The notes under the pieces: generated by a model
Told to the model about the DNA's origin: nothing
Database searches by the model: none
Seen by the model: the letters and a program-made list of their open reading frames with translations, nothing else
Assembly (NCBI GenBank): GCA_963700145.1
Contig: OY969474.1
Coordinates: 1,088,001-1,152,000, forward strand
Direction: 5' to 3'
From: an uncultured Acidobacteriota bacterium
GTDB lineage: Bacteria; Acidobacteriota; Thermoanaerobaculia; Multivoradales; UBA5704
DNA length: 64,000 nt
Made by a program: the position numbers and the translations under genes
Shown: positions 49,988 to 63,632 of the stretch, in pieces
Position numbering within the stretch: position 1 is the stretch's first letter
Layout of the letters: every line of letters begins with the position of its first letter

Positions 49988-52044
49988 CTATCGGGACGCG
50001 ACTTCGGGGCGCAGCCAGCGGTCCAGCCAGGCGAGGACGGTCTCGTGCCAGAGCAGCGAGCTGGCGGGGCGGACGGTCCAGTGCCCCTCGTTCGGGGTGG
50101 CGAGGAGCTGGCTCGGGACGCCGCGCCGCTGCAGCGCGGTGAAGGTGGCGACCCCCTGCGCCTCCGGCACCCGGTAGTCGAGGCCGCCGTGGAGGACCAG
50201 CATCGGCGTCCGCCAGCGCGCGACGTGGTGCACCGGGTTGTGCCGCTCGTGGGCCTCCGGCGCCCGCCAGTAGGGACCGCCCAGCTCCCACTCCGGCAGC
50301 CAGAGCTCGTCGGTGGTCAAGGAGAGCGACCGCAGGTCGAAGGGACCGCCCTGGTTGACCAGGCAGCGGAAACGGTCCGGCCGCTGCCCGGCGAGCCAGT
50401 TGACGAGGTAGCCGCCGAAGGAGCCCCCCGCGACGCCGACCCGCTCGCCGTCGAGCCAGGGGTAGCGGGCGAGCGCCGCGGCGATGCCGCGGTCGATGTC
50501 CACCAGCGGTTTGCCTCCCCAGTCGCCGCGGATCGAGTCGGCGAACGCCTGGCCGTAGCCGGCCGAGCCGTGGAAGTCGATCGCCAGCGCGGCGTACCCG
50601 GCGCCGGCGTAGACCTGCGAGCTCCAGAGGTAGCGGAAGTCGCTGCCGAAGCTGCTCTGCGGGCCGCCGTGCAGGAGGACGACCAGCGGGTAGCGGCGGC
50701 GCGGGTCGAGGCCGGCGGGCTGGACCATCCAGGCGTGGACCGGCTCGTCGTTCCAGCCCGGGTAGCGGAGCTGCTCGGCCTTGCCGACGAGGACGCCCGC
50801 CAGCCGCTCGCGGTTCATCCGCGTCAGCGGCCGCGGGTCGGAGCCGTCGGGCCGGGCCGACCAGAGCTCGGCCGGCCCTTCGAGGTTCTCGAGCGTGAAG
50901 ACCACCCGCTCGCGGCCGGCGGTGGGAGCGCGGATGGTGCCGGCGCCGGTGAGCGCGTGCACGGTGCCGGAGGCGACGCCGATGGCGAAGAGGCGCTGCT
51001 CGCCGAGGTCGGGGGCGGTGGCGTAGAGAGTGCGGCCGTCGGGCGCGAAGGCGATCTCGGAGGGCGAGCGGTCCCAGCCCTCGGCGAGGACGCGCGGCGG
51101 CCCGCCGGCGAGCGGCTGCAGGACGACGCGGAAGCGGTCCCCCTCGTAGCCCGGGCGCTCCATCGCCAGGTAAGCGAGGGCGCGGCCGTCGGGCGAGAAA
51201 AGCGGCCGCGAGTCCCAGGCGGGGTTGGCGGCGGTCAGCTCGCGCGGCGGCGCCGAGCCGTCGGCCGGGACGAGGTAGATGTCGAAGTCGGTCGACCAGG
51301 CCTCGCCGGCTCCCACCTTGGCGGCGAAGGCGAGCTGGCGGCCGTCGGGCGAGAAGGCGACTTCCTCCATGCCGCCGAAGGGCGGTGCGGGCACGTCGGC
51401 GTCGAGTCCGCGGGTGACGTCCACCGGCTCGCCCCCCGCCACCGGCACGACGAAGAGGTGGGAGCGGAGGCCGTCCTCCCAGGCGTTCCAGTGGCGGACG
51501 AAGAGCCGCTCGTAGAGCCGTCCCTGGGCCTGCCGCCTCTCCCCCGCCGCCAGGCGCGCCACGGTGCAGGCGAGGTCCGGGCAGTCGGGGAAGACGTCCA
51601 TCGCCACGACCAGGCGCGCGCCGTCTGGCGCCAGCCGGAAGCCGGAGACGTCGAGCGGCAGCTGGGTGACCTGGACCGGCTCGCCGCCGCCGGCCGGCGC
51701 CCGCCAGACCTGCGAGCTGCCGGAGCGCGGCGAGAGGAAGTAGACCGCCGAGCCGTCCGGCGCCCAGGCCGGGCCGGTGTCGCTCTCGGGATGGTCGGTC
51801 AGGCGGCGGAGGCCGGCGCCGTCGCTCCCCACCAGCCAGAGGTCGAAGCGGGCGCGGTTGGCGGCGCGGTCGGCGGTGCGGACGGTGAAGGCGACCGTGC
51901 GCTCGTCCGGCGAGAGCGCCGGCTCGGCCAGCCGGGCGAGCGCCAGCAGGTCGTGGATGGTGAAGGGGTGCGGGACCGGCGCGGCGGGCGTCGCCGCCGC
52001 GGCCAGCGCCGCCGCCGCGGCCAGCGGGAAGAAGAGCGCCGGCG

Positions 52045-52048
<4 letters not shown>
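49988..52048 (-). CDS. S9 family (dipeptidyl/acylaminoacyl) peptidase, copy 2
   Basis: Beta-propeller repeats; HGGPQ, GGSFGG, HGGLDYRV and NEGH; start appears to be CTG. Confidence 0.88.
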
Positions 52049-54123
<2,075 letters not shown>

Positions 54124-54134
54124 CGGCGGGTCTC

Positions 54135-55685
54135 CTAGCGGGGCGGGATGATAGCCGAGCGCTGGCGCGGCGGCCGGCGCGGCGGCAGCGGCACCCCGGG
54201 CCGGCGGCGGTAGATCGTCACCGTCCCCGGCGGCTGGCCGATCCGCAGCCGCACCGCCTCCTCGTAAGCGCCGGCGAACCAGGGCTTCGAGACGATCGGC
54301 CGGCTGCCGCCGCGGCGGGTGAAGCCGTGGAAGAGGAGGTAGTCCGCCGGCCGCGCCAGGAACGCGCCGACCGGGTCGCCCGCCGCGGTGTAGGGCATCG
54401 CCTCCGGGCTCACCAGCCCGATCAGGTCGTACACCCGCCGCCGGCTGGTGTAGCCGAGGATGCCGATCTCGTCGGCCGCCACCGTCGCCTCCGGCGGCGA
54501 GTGCTCGCGTAGCCAGAGGCCGGCGGCGCGATAGGCCGGGAGACGCCAGTCGCCGCGGCCGCCGTCGCGCAGCCAGCGCGCCGTGCCGAGCAGCGGCAGG
54601 AGCGCCAGCGCCGCCGCGAGCAGCGCCGTCAGCCGGAACGCGCCGGCGCGGCGAGCCAGCGCCACCAGCGGGAAGGGAGCGGCGAAGAGCAGCGCCGCGA
54701 CCGCCGGCACCGCGTACCAGACGAAGAACGGCACGCCGAGGACCGTGTACGCGACCGCAGTCACAGCGGCGTGCAGCACGAGGAGCTTCCCCGGCAGGCC
54801 GCAGCGCCGCCAGAGCCAGACCTGCCCGGCGAGCCCGAGCGCCGCGAGCGCCGGCGCCAGCGGCCCCGCGTGCTGGCGGAAGAGCCCCCAGGCGCGCCCC
54901 CAGAAGACCGCCGGCGTCGCGCCGACCAGCTCCGGCCCGAGCGCCGCGAACTGCCGCTTCGCCGCCAGCGTGTTCGGCAGCACCGTCCCGAACCAGCTCC
55001 AGGCGGCGAAGCACCCGGCGAGCACCACCAGCCCGCAGACCAGCGCATAGCGCCGCGGGAACCGCCCCACGAGCCGCCCGCGCAGCAGCCCGAGCAGCGC
55101 CGCCGCCGGCGCCGCGTCCGGCCGCATCCACACCGCCAGCCCGGCCGAGAACCCCGCCGAAGTCGGCCACCGCTCCGCCCGCGCCGCCGCCGCCAGCAGA
55201 AACGCCAGCACCGCCAGCGGCCCCGCCCCCTGCGCCGTCCAGAGATACGGCGAAGTGACCAGCAGCGTCCCCCCGAGGATCCCCTCCACCCGCAACCCGC
55301 CCCGCGCCGCCCCCCGCAACAACACCCGCCCCGCCGTCAGCAACCAAGCCGCCGTCAGCAAACTCCCCAACCGCGGCACGTCCACCCGCGAGATCCAGTG
55401 CAGCCACCCCAACAGCAACGCCACCCCGGGATCCGTAACCCCGAACACCCGCTCCCCCGGGTTGAACGTCAGCCCCGCCCCATGCGCCAGGTTCCACGCG
55501 TAGCGGTAGGTGATGTAAATGTCGTCGGTCGCCCGCCCGAGCATCCGATAGGCGATCAGCAGCGCCGCCACCGACCACACGACCACCACGAGACGCTCTA
55601 GGAGGAACCCTCGCACCGAGCGCCGCACCCCGGCCTTGGGATGCTCCACCAAAGAGGGCTGGGTGGGAGAAGAAGAGGGGTTCAT
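54135..55685 (-). CDS. GT-C membrane glycosyltransferase (arabinofuranosyltransferase-like)
   Basis: DDIYITYRYAWNLAHGAGLTFNPGERV.G.T, RPD, LPNT..AK and D..GLV motifs; start approximate. Confidence 0.75.
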   Translation of the reverse strand: MNPSSSPTQPSLVEHPKAGVRRSVRGFLLERLVVVVWSVAALLIAYRMLGRATDDIYITYRYAWNLAHGAGLTFNPGERVFGVTDPGVALLLGWLHWISRVDVPRLGSLLTAAWLLTAGRVLLRGAARGGLRVEGILGGTLLVTSPYLWTAQGAGPLAVLAFLLAAAARAERWPTSAGFSAGLAVWMRPDAAPAAALLGLLRGRLVGRFPRRYALVCGLVVLAGCFAAWSWFGTVLPNTLAAKRQFAALGPELVGATPAVFWGRAWGLFRQHAGPLAPALAALGLAGQVWLWRRCGLPGKLLVLHAAVTAVAYTVLGVPFFVWYAVPAVAALLFAAPFPLVALARRAGAFRLTALLAAALALLPLLGTARWLRDGGRGDWRLPAYRAAGLWLREHSPPEATVAADEIGILGYTSRRRVYDLIGLVSPEAMPYTAAGDPVGAFLARPADYLLFHGFTRRGGSRPIVSKPWFAGAYEEAVRLRIGQPPGTVTIYRRRPGVPLPPRRPPRQRSAIIPPR

Positions 55686-55695
55686 CTCAGGGTCT

Positions 55696-55741
55696 TCGCG
55701 CCACCCCCCGCCCAGATCCCTCGCTCTCGCTCGGGATGACA
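55696..55741. repeat. Half REP element (TGTCATCC family)
   Basis: CCCCCCGCCCAGATCCCTCGCTCTCGCTCGGGATGACA is nearly identical to 13746-13783. Confidence 0.8.
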
Positions 55742-55758
55742 AATCGGAGGGCATTCGG

Positions 55759-55927
55759 GTAGGGCCGGGGCGTGGTGCTCCCCGCGGGGACCTCTCCGCA
55801 AGAGCCAGCAACACCCTCCGCAAATCACCGCCGATCCGGCGCGCAGCGGAGCGGAGGCGCGCGCCTCAGATCGTGAAGTCCACCAACGCGCGCGCCGTTC
55901 CCCGCGGGGAGCACCACGCCCCGGCCC
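55759..55927. repeat. GTAG-type REP doublet / MITE
   Basis: Perfect 29-bp inverted repeat GGGCCGGGGCGTGGTGCTCCCCGCGGGGA at 55762-55790 and 55899-55927, with GTA immediately before the left arm. Confidence 0.8.
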
Positions 55928-55950
55928 GGCGCTCGTCGCAATCTTCTTTT

Positions 55951-57693
55951 TCAGATAGAGATCGACCCCTTCCGAAACTCGGTCTTCCCGATCTGCGCGT
56001 TGACCAACACCGGCACCCCCGTCCGCGCCAACCGCCGCGCCTCCGCCAGCACCCCGTCCATCTCTTCAGCCCGCTCCAGCAAAAACCCCCGCCCCCCATA
56101 CCCCTCAGCCACCGTGTGATAAGCCGTCCGCGCCAACACCGTCCCCACGTCGTCCCCCAGCACCGGCACCTGCTCCCGCGCGATCTGCGTCCACCCCGCG
56201 TCGTTCCCCACCACCGCCACCACCCCCACCCCATGCCGCGCCAACGCATCGAACTCCGCCAAACTGAACGCCGCCGACCCGTCCCCCCACAACAACCACA
56301 CCTCCGCCCCCGGCCGCGCCAGCTTCGCCCCCAGCGCGAACCCCCCGCCCACCCCCAGCGTCCCGAACGCCCCCGGGTCCAGCCACGAGAGCGGCGCCCG
56401 CGGCCGCAGCGTGTACGCCGCCGTCGCCACGAAATCGCCGCCGTCGGCCACGATCAGGCTCTCCGGCCCGAGCTGCCGGTCGATGGCGCGGCAGAGCGCC
56501 AGCGGGTTGAGATACCCGTCCGCCGGCTGCCGCGCCTGCTCCGCGATCTCCCGCTCCCGCTCCTCGTCGCGGGCGCGCAGCCGCGCCAGCCACTCCCCGC
56601 GCGCCGCGGCCTTGCCGCTCGCGCGGCGGCCCGCCGCCGCGGCTGCCAGCGCGCGCAGGAAGAGCCCGGGGTCGGCGTGCGCCGCCACGTCCGGCTTGCG
56701 GTTGCGGGTGAGGTCGCCGCGCGAGAGGTTGGCGCCGACCAGCCGCGCGCCGCGCGCGATGTGGCGGCCGTAGTCGAGCCGGAAGTCGGCAGGCATGCCG
56801 GCCAGGATCACCAGGTCGGCCTCGCGCAGCGCCTCCTTCCGCCGGTGGCGGAGCTGGAGCGGCGACTCGGCGCCGAGGAGGCCGCGCGCCCCGCCCGCGA
56901 GGTAGACCGGGAGGCCCAGCGCCACGACCGCTGCCGCCACCTCCTCCACCTCGGCGGCCCGCAGCACTGCCTGCCCGCCGACCACCAGGACCGGCCGCTC
57001 GGCGCCGGCGAGGAGGCGCGCGGCACCCGACACGGCGCGCCGCGGCGGGTGGAGCGGCGCCGGCGGCAGCGGCGCCGGCGGCGGCCCGGCGTCGCGGGCG
57101 AAGAGCTTCTTGAGGTGCCGCTCGAGGTAGCGGCGCAGCCCCCAGCCGGCGAGGCCGCCGCCGCCCGTGCCGGCGAGGTACCACTGCCGCACCAGCGACT
57201 CGTCGTAGAGGAGATCCACCGGCACTTCCAGAAAGACCGGCCCGGGCAGCCCGGCCGCCGCCTCGTGGAAGGCGCGCTCCAGCGCCGGCGCCAGCTCGCG
57301 CACCGAGCGCGGCGAGGCCAGCCACTTGACGTGCGGCCGCACGAGCGCGTGCTGGTCGATGTCCTGGAGGGCGCCGCGCCCCTTGAGCAGCGTCGCCGTG
57401 GCACCGCCGATCAGCACCAGCGGCGACGGCGCCATCTGCGCGTTCTTGAGCGCGGTGATGGCGTTGGTGACGCCCGGCCCGGCGGTCACCGCCGCCACCC
57501 CCGGCGCCCCGGTCAAACGCGCCGTCGCGTCCGCCGCGAACACCGCGTCCGCCTCGTGCCGCATGTCTACCACCCGGATGCCCCGCCGCTTCGCCCCGAC
57601 CAAGAGCGGCGCGATGTGCCCGCCGCAGAGCGTGAACAGCGTCCGCACCCCCCGCCGCTCCAGCACCTCCGCCAGCCGGTCGCCGCCGTTCAT
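55951..57693 (-). CDS. Thiamine-pyrophosphate enzyme (acetolactate synthase-like / 2-hydroxyacyl-CoA lyase-like)
   Basis: [14 protein letters not shown] and GDGSAAFS...GNDAGW motifs. Confidence 0.9.
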   Translation of the reverse strand: MNGGDRLAEVLERRGVRTLFTLCGGHIAPLLVGAKRRGIRVVDMRHEADAVFAADATARLTGAPGVAAVTAGPGVTNAITALKNAQMAPSPLVLIGGATATLLKGRGALQDIDQHALVRPHVKWLASPRSVRELAPALERAFHEAAAGLPGPVFLEVPVDLLYDESLVRQWYLAGTGGGGLAGWGLRRYLERHLKKLFARDAGPPPAPLPPAPLHPPRRAVSGAARLLAGAERPVLVVGGQAVLRAAEVEEVAAAVVALGLPVYLAGGARGLLGAESPLQLRHRRKEALREADLVILAGMPADFRLDYGRHIARGARLVGANLSRGDLTRNRKPDVAAHADPGLFLRALAAAAAGRRASGKAAARGEWLARLRARDEEREREIAEQARQPADGYLNPLALCRAIDRQLGPESLIVADGGDFVATAAYTLRPRAPLSWLDPGAFGTLGVGGGFALGAKLARPGAEVWLLWGDGSAAFSLAEFDALARHGVGVVAVVGNDAGWTQIAREQVPVLGDDVGTVLARTAYHTVAEGYGGRGFLLERAEEMDGVLAEARRLARTGVPVLVNAQIGKTEFRKGSISI

Positions 57694-57706
57694 CGTCGCT
57701 CTTCGC

Positions 57707-58129
57707 TCAGCGCTGAGGCACGATGCGGAACCGGCGTTTGCCGTCGATGCGGTAGGTCTCGAAGTCGTCGTGGTCGATCGTGAAGACGGTGGCGAGGTCC
57801 TCCCGCCGCGCCAGGTGGACCAGGGTGGCGTCGGCGAAGTCCATCGGGCGGTCGCGGTAGCGGTGCATCAGGGCCTCGAGATCGGGGAGGTCGGCGTCGC
57901 CGATCGGCAGGACCATGACCGCATTGGAGCGGATGAGCGTCCACGCGGCGGCATGCTCGTGGGCACCGGCCAGGAAGTGGAACAGCTCGGTAAGCACCGC
58001 GGCGGACGTCGCGAGCGGCAGGTGGAGAGTAGGGAAGGTCTCCGTGCAGCGCCGATGCCATCGGTCGTCGCGATCGAGGAGGGCGACGAGAGCGCCCGTA
58101 TCGACGAGCCCGCGCGGCCTAGCGGCCAT
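57707..58129 (-). CDS. PIN-domain (VapC-like) toxin
   Basis: LVDTGALVA...VLTE...MDFADATLV...TID..DF. Confidence 0.9.
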   Translation of the reverse strand: MAARPRGLVDTGALVALLDRDDRWHRRCTETFPTLHLPLATSAAVLTELFHFLAGAHEHAAAWTLIRSNAVMVLPIGDADLPDLEALMHRYRDRPMDFADATLVHLARREDLATVFTIDHDDFETYRIDGKRRFRIVPQR

Positions 58130-58406
58130 ACCGACGACGCAGGCGGGCGCGCACTTCCTCGCTGACCCGCTCGGACCGGTGGGGATCGCCGCCCTCGAGC
58201 GAGCCGATGACTTTCATGGCGCGGGCGCGAATCCGCTCCTGTTCTTCCCGCTCGTCCTCGTTTCCCTCGCTGGAGCGCGCCAGCCACTCCTTCGCGATCT
58301 GCTCGAGCAGCTCCGCCAGGCTCTTCCGCTCGGCGCGCGCCGCCTCCTCCAGCTCCGTCTTGAGCCGGGGGGAGAGCCGCCAACTGTAGACCTCGGTCTT
58401 CGCCAT
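58119..58406 (-). CDS. Ribbon-helix-helix antitoxin (VapB-like)
   Basis: Short RHH-like [18 protein letters not shown]; overlaps the PIN gene. Confidence 0.75.
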   Translation of the reverse strand: MAKTEVYSWRLSPRLKTELEEAARAERKSLAELLEQIAKEWLARSSEGNEDEREEQERIRARAMKVIGSLEGGDPHRSERVSEEVRARLRRRYGR

Positions 58407-58425
58407 GCACCACATCGTAGTGCAT
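58404..58425 (-). promoter_or_regulatory. Leaderless promoter with palindromic operator for the TA operon
   Basis: ATGCAC-N9-GTGCAT inverted repeat overlaps both the TACGAT -10 box and the ATG. Confidence 0.6.
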
Positions 58426-58478
58426 CGGCCGCCGCAGGTCGAGCGGCTTGCCTCCTCGTCGCCGAGGGGACCTGCCGA

Positions 58479-59498
58479 TCAGGCGGATGTGAACGGCTGG
58501 TCCGAGAGGACCGGGCTGGTGCGGAAGGTCCGGCGGCGCTCCGCCGTGGAGCGAGTCTCCGCCCCCTCCCCGAACTGAGCGCGCACTCGCGCCACCGATT
58601 CTTTCGCCATCGCCGCGAGCAGCTCGGCCTCGGTCATCGCGGGGCGCTGGACCTTCTTGAAGATCCCGCGCGCGCCGCCGTCGCCGTGCTGGTTCGCGAG
58701 GTCGAGCAGGAAGGCGACCCCGCGCTCGCTGCGGACGCGGCCGCCGGTGAACTGCGCGATCGCCGCGAGCGAGCGGTCGAAAGCACCCACCGCCGCCTCC
58801 ACCTGGACGCGCTGGAGGTCGCGGTCGCGGGCCGCGGCGGCGAAGCGGCCGGCCCACGGCTCGGCGACGAGGTCGAAGCGCGGATCGGTCGTGACCCCGG
58901 TCGCGGCGCTCACCCCGCCGGAGGGACGCGCGGTGTGGCGGAGGAGGGCGTCGGCGAGCGCCTCGTCGCCGCCTCCGAAGACCCGCACGAACGCGTCGCG
59001 CTGCCGCGCTCCGAAGGCCTGGAGCAGCTCGTACAGCCGCCGCGGCCGCTGCGCCCACTGGATGAGGCCGAAGGAGAGCCCGGCGCGGTCGGTGTTGGCG
59101 TTGAAGGCGGCGAAGCGCCCCGCCCCTTCGAACTCGCTGGTGATGCTCATCAGGCGCGGCAGCCCGGCAAACTGCACGTCGAGCACCAGCGTCAGGTAGG
59201 GGCGGCTGGCGCGCGGGTCGCGGGCCGGCCTCTGCGCCAGGGCGCGGAGCGTCGGGCTGTCGACCGCTCCGGTGTCGGGCAGGCCGGAGGTCCGCTGGAA
59301 GGTGCGGACGCACTGCTCGGTGCACGGGCCGTAGCGCCCGCGGCTCGCACCGAGGATCCCGGGGAGGTTGGTGACGCCGTGGCCGCGCAAGAGGTCCTGG
59401 ACGGCCCCGACGGCGTCCGGATCGGGGTCGCCGGCGGCGATCGGCGCCGCCTCGCCGGCGAAGAGGGAATCGACGCGAGCGACACCGGTGACGGCCAT
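58479..59498 (-). CDS. Peptidoglycan-binding domain plus lysozyme/chitosanase-like domain protein
   Basis: VQDLL..HG...YGPCT..VRTFQ...GL.DTG.VD..T (PG_binding_1-like); EFEG...DRAGLSFGLIQWAQ. Confidence 0.7.
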   Translation of the reverse strand: MAVTGVARVDSLFAGEAAPIAAGDPDPDAVGAVQDLLRGHGVTNLPGILGASRGRYGPCTEQCVRTFQRTSGLPDTGAVDSPTLRALAQRPARDPRASRPYLTLVLDVQFAGLPRLMSITSEFEGAGRFAAFNANTDRAGLSFGLIQWAQRPRRLYELLQAFGARQRDAFVRVFGGGDEALADALLRHTARPSGGVSAATGVTTDPRFDLVAEPWAGRFAAAARDRDLQRVQVEAAVGAFDRSLAAIAQFTGGRVRSERGVAFLLDLANQHGDGGARGIFKKVQRPAMTEAELLAAMAKESVARVRAQFGEGAETRSTAERRRTFRTSPVLSDQPFTSA

Positions 59499-59505
59499 CG
59501 CGTCG

Positions 59506-61137
<1,632 letters not shown>

Positions 61138-61150
61138 GGCGCCCGGGATG

Positions 61151-61519
61151 CTAGCGCGTGAACGCCGCCCAGGCGAAGAGGAGGAAGCCGGCGATCAGCA
61201 GCGTGCCGCCGAGCGGCGTGACGGCGCCGAGGATGCGGGGGCCGCCGAGGGCGAGGGCGAAGACAGTGCCGCTGAAGACGACGGCGCCGGCGAGGAGGCA
61301 CCAGCCGGCGGCGCGGAGGGCGGCGGAGGGGGGCGCCTGGCGGGCGAAGACGCCGAGCAGGGCGAGGCCGAGCCCGGAGTACATCAGGTAGCGGGCGGCG
61401 GTCTCCCAGAGGGCAAGGGCGCGGATGTCCAGCCGCGCGGCGAGCGCGTGGGCGCCGAAGGCGCCGGCGGCGACGGCAAGGGCGGCGAGCAGCGCGCCGG
61501 CGGCGGTCCAGAGGGGCAC
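61151..61519 (-). CDS. DUF423 family membrane protein
   Basis: GAFGAHAL...TAARY...FSG...LGAVTPLGG. Confidence 0.9.
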   Translation of the reverse strand: MPLWTAAGALLAALAVAAGAFGAHALAARLDIRALALWETAARYLMYSGLGLALLGVFARQAPPSAALRAAGWCLLAGAVVFSGTVFALALGGPRILGAVTPLGGTLLIAGFLLFAWAAFTR

Positions 61520-61600
61520 GGGCGGATCGTAGCCGATCGGCGCCGAACGTCCTCCGCCGCGGACGTGCGGCGGGGTGCAAACCGCCGTAAAACGCGCCAA

Positions 61601-61821
61601 CTCGGAGATCGACGGTCTATCTTGGAGATTGACGGCCGATCTCGGTGATCGGGCGCCCGTCTCCGTGATCGGGCGCCGATCTCGGTGATCGCGCGCCCGT
61701 CAGCGATGACGGAGCTTCCATCTCGGTGATCGCACGCCGATCTCGGTGACGGAACGCTCAGCTCCGAGATCGCGCGCCAATCTCCAAGATGGAGCGCTCA
61801 GGTCGGAAATGGCGCGTTCGC
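61601..61821. repeat. Intergenic tandem array of about 11 units of 20 bp
   Basis: Consensus CTCGGTGATCGCGCGCCGAT; units start at 61601, 61621, 61641, 61661, 61681, 61701, 61722, 61742, 61762, 61782 and 61802. Confidence 0.8.
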
Positions 61822-61907
61822 CGCCGGCACGGCGCGCCACTCTCCGGCCTGCCGCGCTCCGCCCCCTCCCCGCCGCGCTATCATCCCCACCGATCCACGG
61901 GGGGACG

Positions 61908-62516
61908 GTGCCCAGCGTCTACGACCTGAAACCCAGGTTCCAGGCCCTGCTGCGGCCGGGCGTCGGCGCCCTGGCGCGCGCCGGCGTCACCGCCAACCAG
62001 GTGACTGCCGCCGCGGCGATTCTCTCCCTTGCCGCGGGCGCCACGATCGCCCTCCTCCCCGACCGGCGCTGGCCGCTCCTTCTGCTGCCGCTCGTCCTGC
62101 TCGTGCGCATGGCGCTCAACGCCGTGGACGGCATGCTCGCCCGCGAGCACGGCCAGAAGAGCCGCCTCGGCGCGCTGCTCAACGAGCTGGGCGACGTCGT
62201 CTCCGACGCCGCCCTCTACCTGCCGCTGACGCTCGTCCCCGGCATCCCGCCGGCACCGGTCGTGGCGCTCGTCGTCCTCGCCGGGCTGTCCGAGCTGGCC
62301 GGCGTCCTCGGGGTGACGATCGGCGCCTCGCGCCGCTACGACGGCCCGGCCGGCAAGAGCGACCGCGCCCTCGTCCTCGGCGCCGTCGGCTTGGCGCTCG
62401 GGCTCGGCGCGCCGGCCGGTCGCTGGCTCGAGGTCCTCCTCTGGGTGCTCGCCGCCGGCGTCGCTCTCACCGTCGTCAACCGCGCCCGCGCGGCGCTCGC
62501 CGAGGCCTCCTCGTGA
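61908..62516 (+). CDS. CDP-alcohol phosphatidyltransferase (YnbA-like)
   Basis: TANQVT...NAVDGMLARE...G..LNELGDVVSD...GPAGKSDRA. Confidence 0.9.
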   Translation: MPSVYDLKPRFQALLRPGVGALARAGVTANQVTAAAAILSLAAGATIALLPDRRWPLLLLPLVLLVRMALNAVDGMLAREHGQKSRLGALLNELGDVVSDAALYLPLTLVPGIPPAPVVALVVLAGLSELAGVLGVTIGASRRYDGPAGKSDRALVLGAVGLALGLGAPAGRWLEVLLWVLAAGVALTVVNRARAALAEASS

Positions 62517-63490
62517 ACGACGCCCTCGCCTTCCTCCGCGGCCGCCTCGACCCCGCCGTCGCCTCGACGCTCGCCGGCATCTTCGCCATCCTCGTCTGGG
62601 CCACCGTCGGCGTCGGGTTTCTCGTCCATTACCGCCCGCAGGGCGACTGGAGCGAGCTGCGCGCCCGCGTCCGCACCTGGTGGGTCATGGCCGGCGTCTT
62701 CGCCGTCGCCCTGGTCCTCTCGCGCAAGGTGTCGCTGGTCTTCTTCGCCTTCGTCAGCTTCCTGGCGCTCAAGGAGTACCTGTCGCTCATCCCGACCCGC
62801 CGCGCCGACCGCGGCGTCCTCTTCTGGGCCTACCTCGCGATCCCCGTGCAGTACCTGTGGATCGGCATGGGCTGGTACGGCATGTTCATCGTCTTCATCC
62901 CGGTCTACGCCTTCCTCTTCCTGCCGATGCGGATGGTGCTGATCGGCGAGACCGAGGGCTTCCTGCGCGCCGCCGGGACGCTGCACTGGGGGCTGATGGC
63001 GATGGTCTTCGCGATCAGCCACGTCGCGGCGCTCCTGGTGCTGCCGATCGCCAACCCGCACGGCGGCGGCCCGGGGCTGGTGCTCTACCTCGTCTTCCTC
63101 ACCCAGTTCAACGACGTGGCGCAGTACCTCTGGGGCAAGGCGCTCGGGCGCCACAAGGTGATCCCGAAGGTGTCGCCGAACAAGACCTGGGAAGGGCTGC
63201 TGGGCGGCGCGGCGACGACGCTGCTCCTCGCCTGGCTGCTGGCGCCGCGGCTGACGCCGTTCGACACCGTGCAGTCGCTCCAGGCCGGGCTGATCCTCGG
63301 CCTCGGCGGCTTCGTCGGCGACGTGGTGATCTCGGCCTTGAAGCGCGACCTCGGGATCAAGGACAGCGGCACGCTCCTGCCCGGCCACGGCGGGATCTTG
63401 GACAGGATCGACAGCCTCAGCTACACCGCCCCGCTCTTCTTCCACTTTGTTTGGTACCTATATGGACCGTTGACTACGATCGTGCGATGA
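62513..63490 (+). CDS. Phosphatidate cytidylyltransferase (YnbB/CdsA-like)
   Basis: SPNKTWEG and SALKRDLGIKDSGTLLPGHGGILDRIDS motifs. Confidence 0.92.
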   Translation: MNDALAFLRGRLDPAVASTLAGIFAILVWATVGVGFLVHYRPQGDWSELRARVRTWWVMAGVFAVALVLSRKVSLVFFAFVSFLALKEYLSLIPTRRADRGVLFWAYLAIPVQYLWIGMGWYGMFIVFIPVYAFLFLPMRMVLIGETEGFLRAAGTLHWGLMAMVFAISHVAALLVLPIANPHGGGPGLVLYLVFLTQFNDVAQYLWGKALGRHKVIPKVSPNKTWEGLLGGAATTLLLAWLLAPRLTPFDTVQSLQAGLILGLGGFVGDVVISALKRDLGIKDSGTLLPGHGGILDRIDSLSYTAPLFFHFVWYLYGPLTTIVR

Positions 63491-63553
63491 CGGTGATGCG
63501 AGCCGTGCCGTTAGTGCCGCGAGGCAGGTTCCCCCGCCCTGCTGATCGCATCA

Positions 63554-63600
63554 CCCCCCTCACCCTCGATCCCTCTCCCACCCTCAAGGTGGGAGAGGGA
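63554..63600. repeat. Palindromic intergenic REP-like element
   Basis: CCCCCTCACCCTCGA followed by the hairpin TCCCTCTCCCACC-CTCAA-GGTGGGAGAGGGA. Confidence 0.65.
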
Positions 63601-63632
63601 CGCCGCCCGGCCCTCTCTTCGGCCATCAGCGC

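Noticed and set aside
61601-61821. Possible mini-CRISPR or N-terminal coding extension (ORF 61746-62516)
   Set aside because: No spacers and a 20-bp period; the real gene has a TATCAT box, an RBS and a GTG start at 61908.
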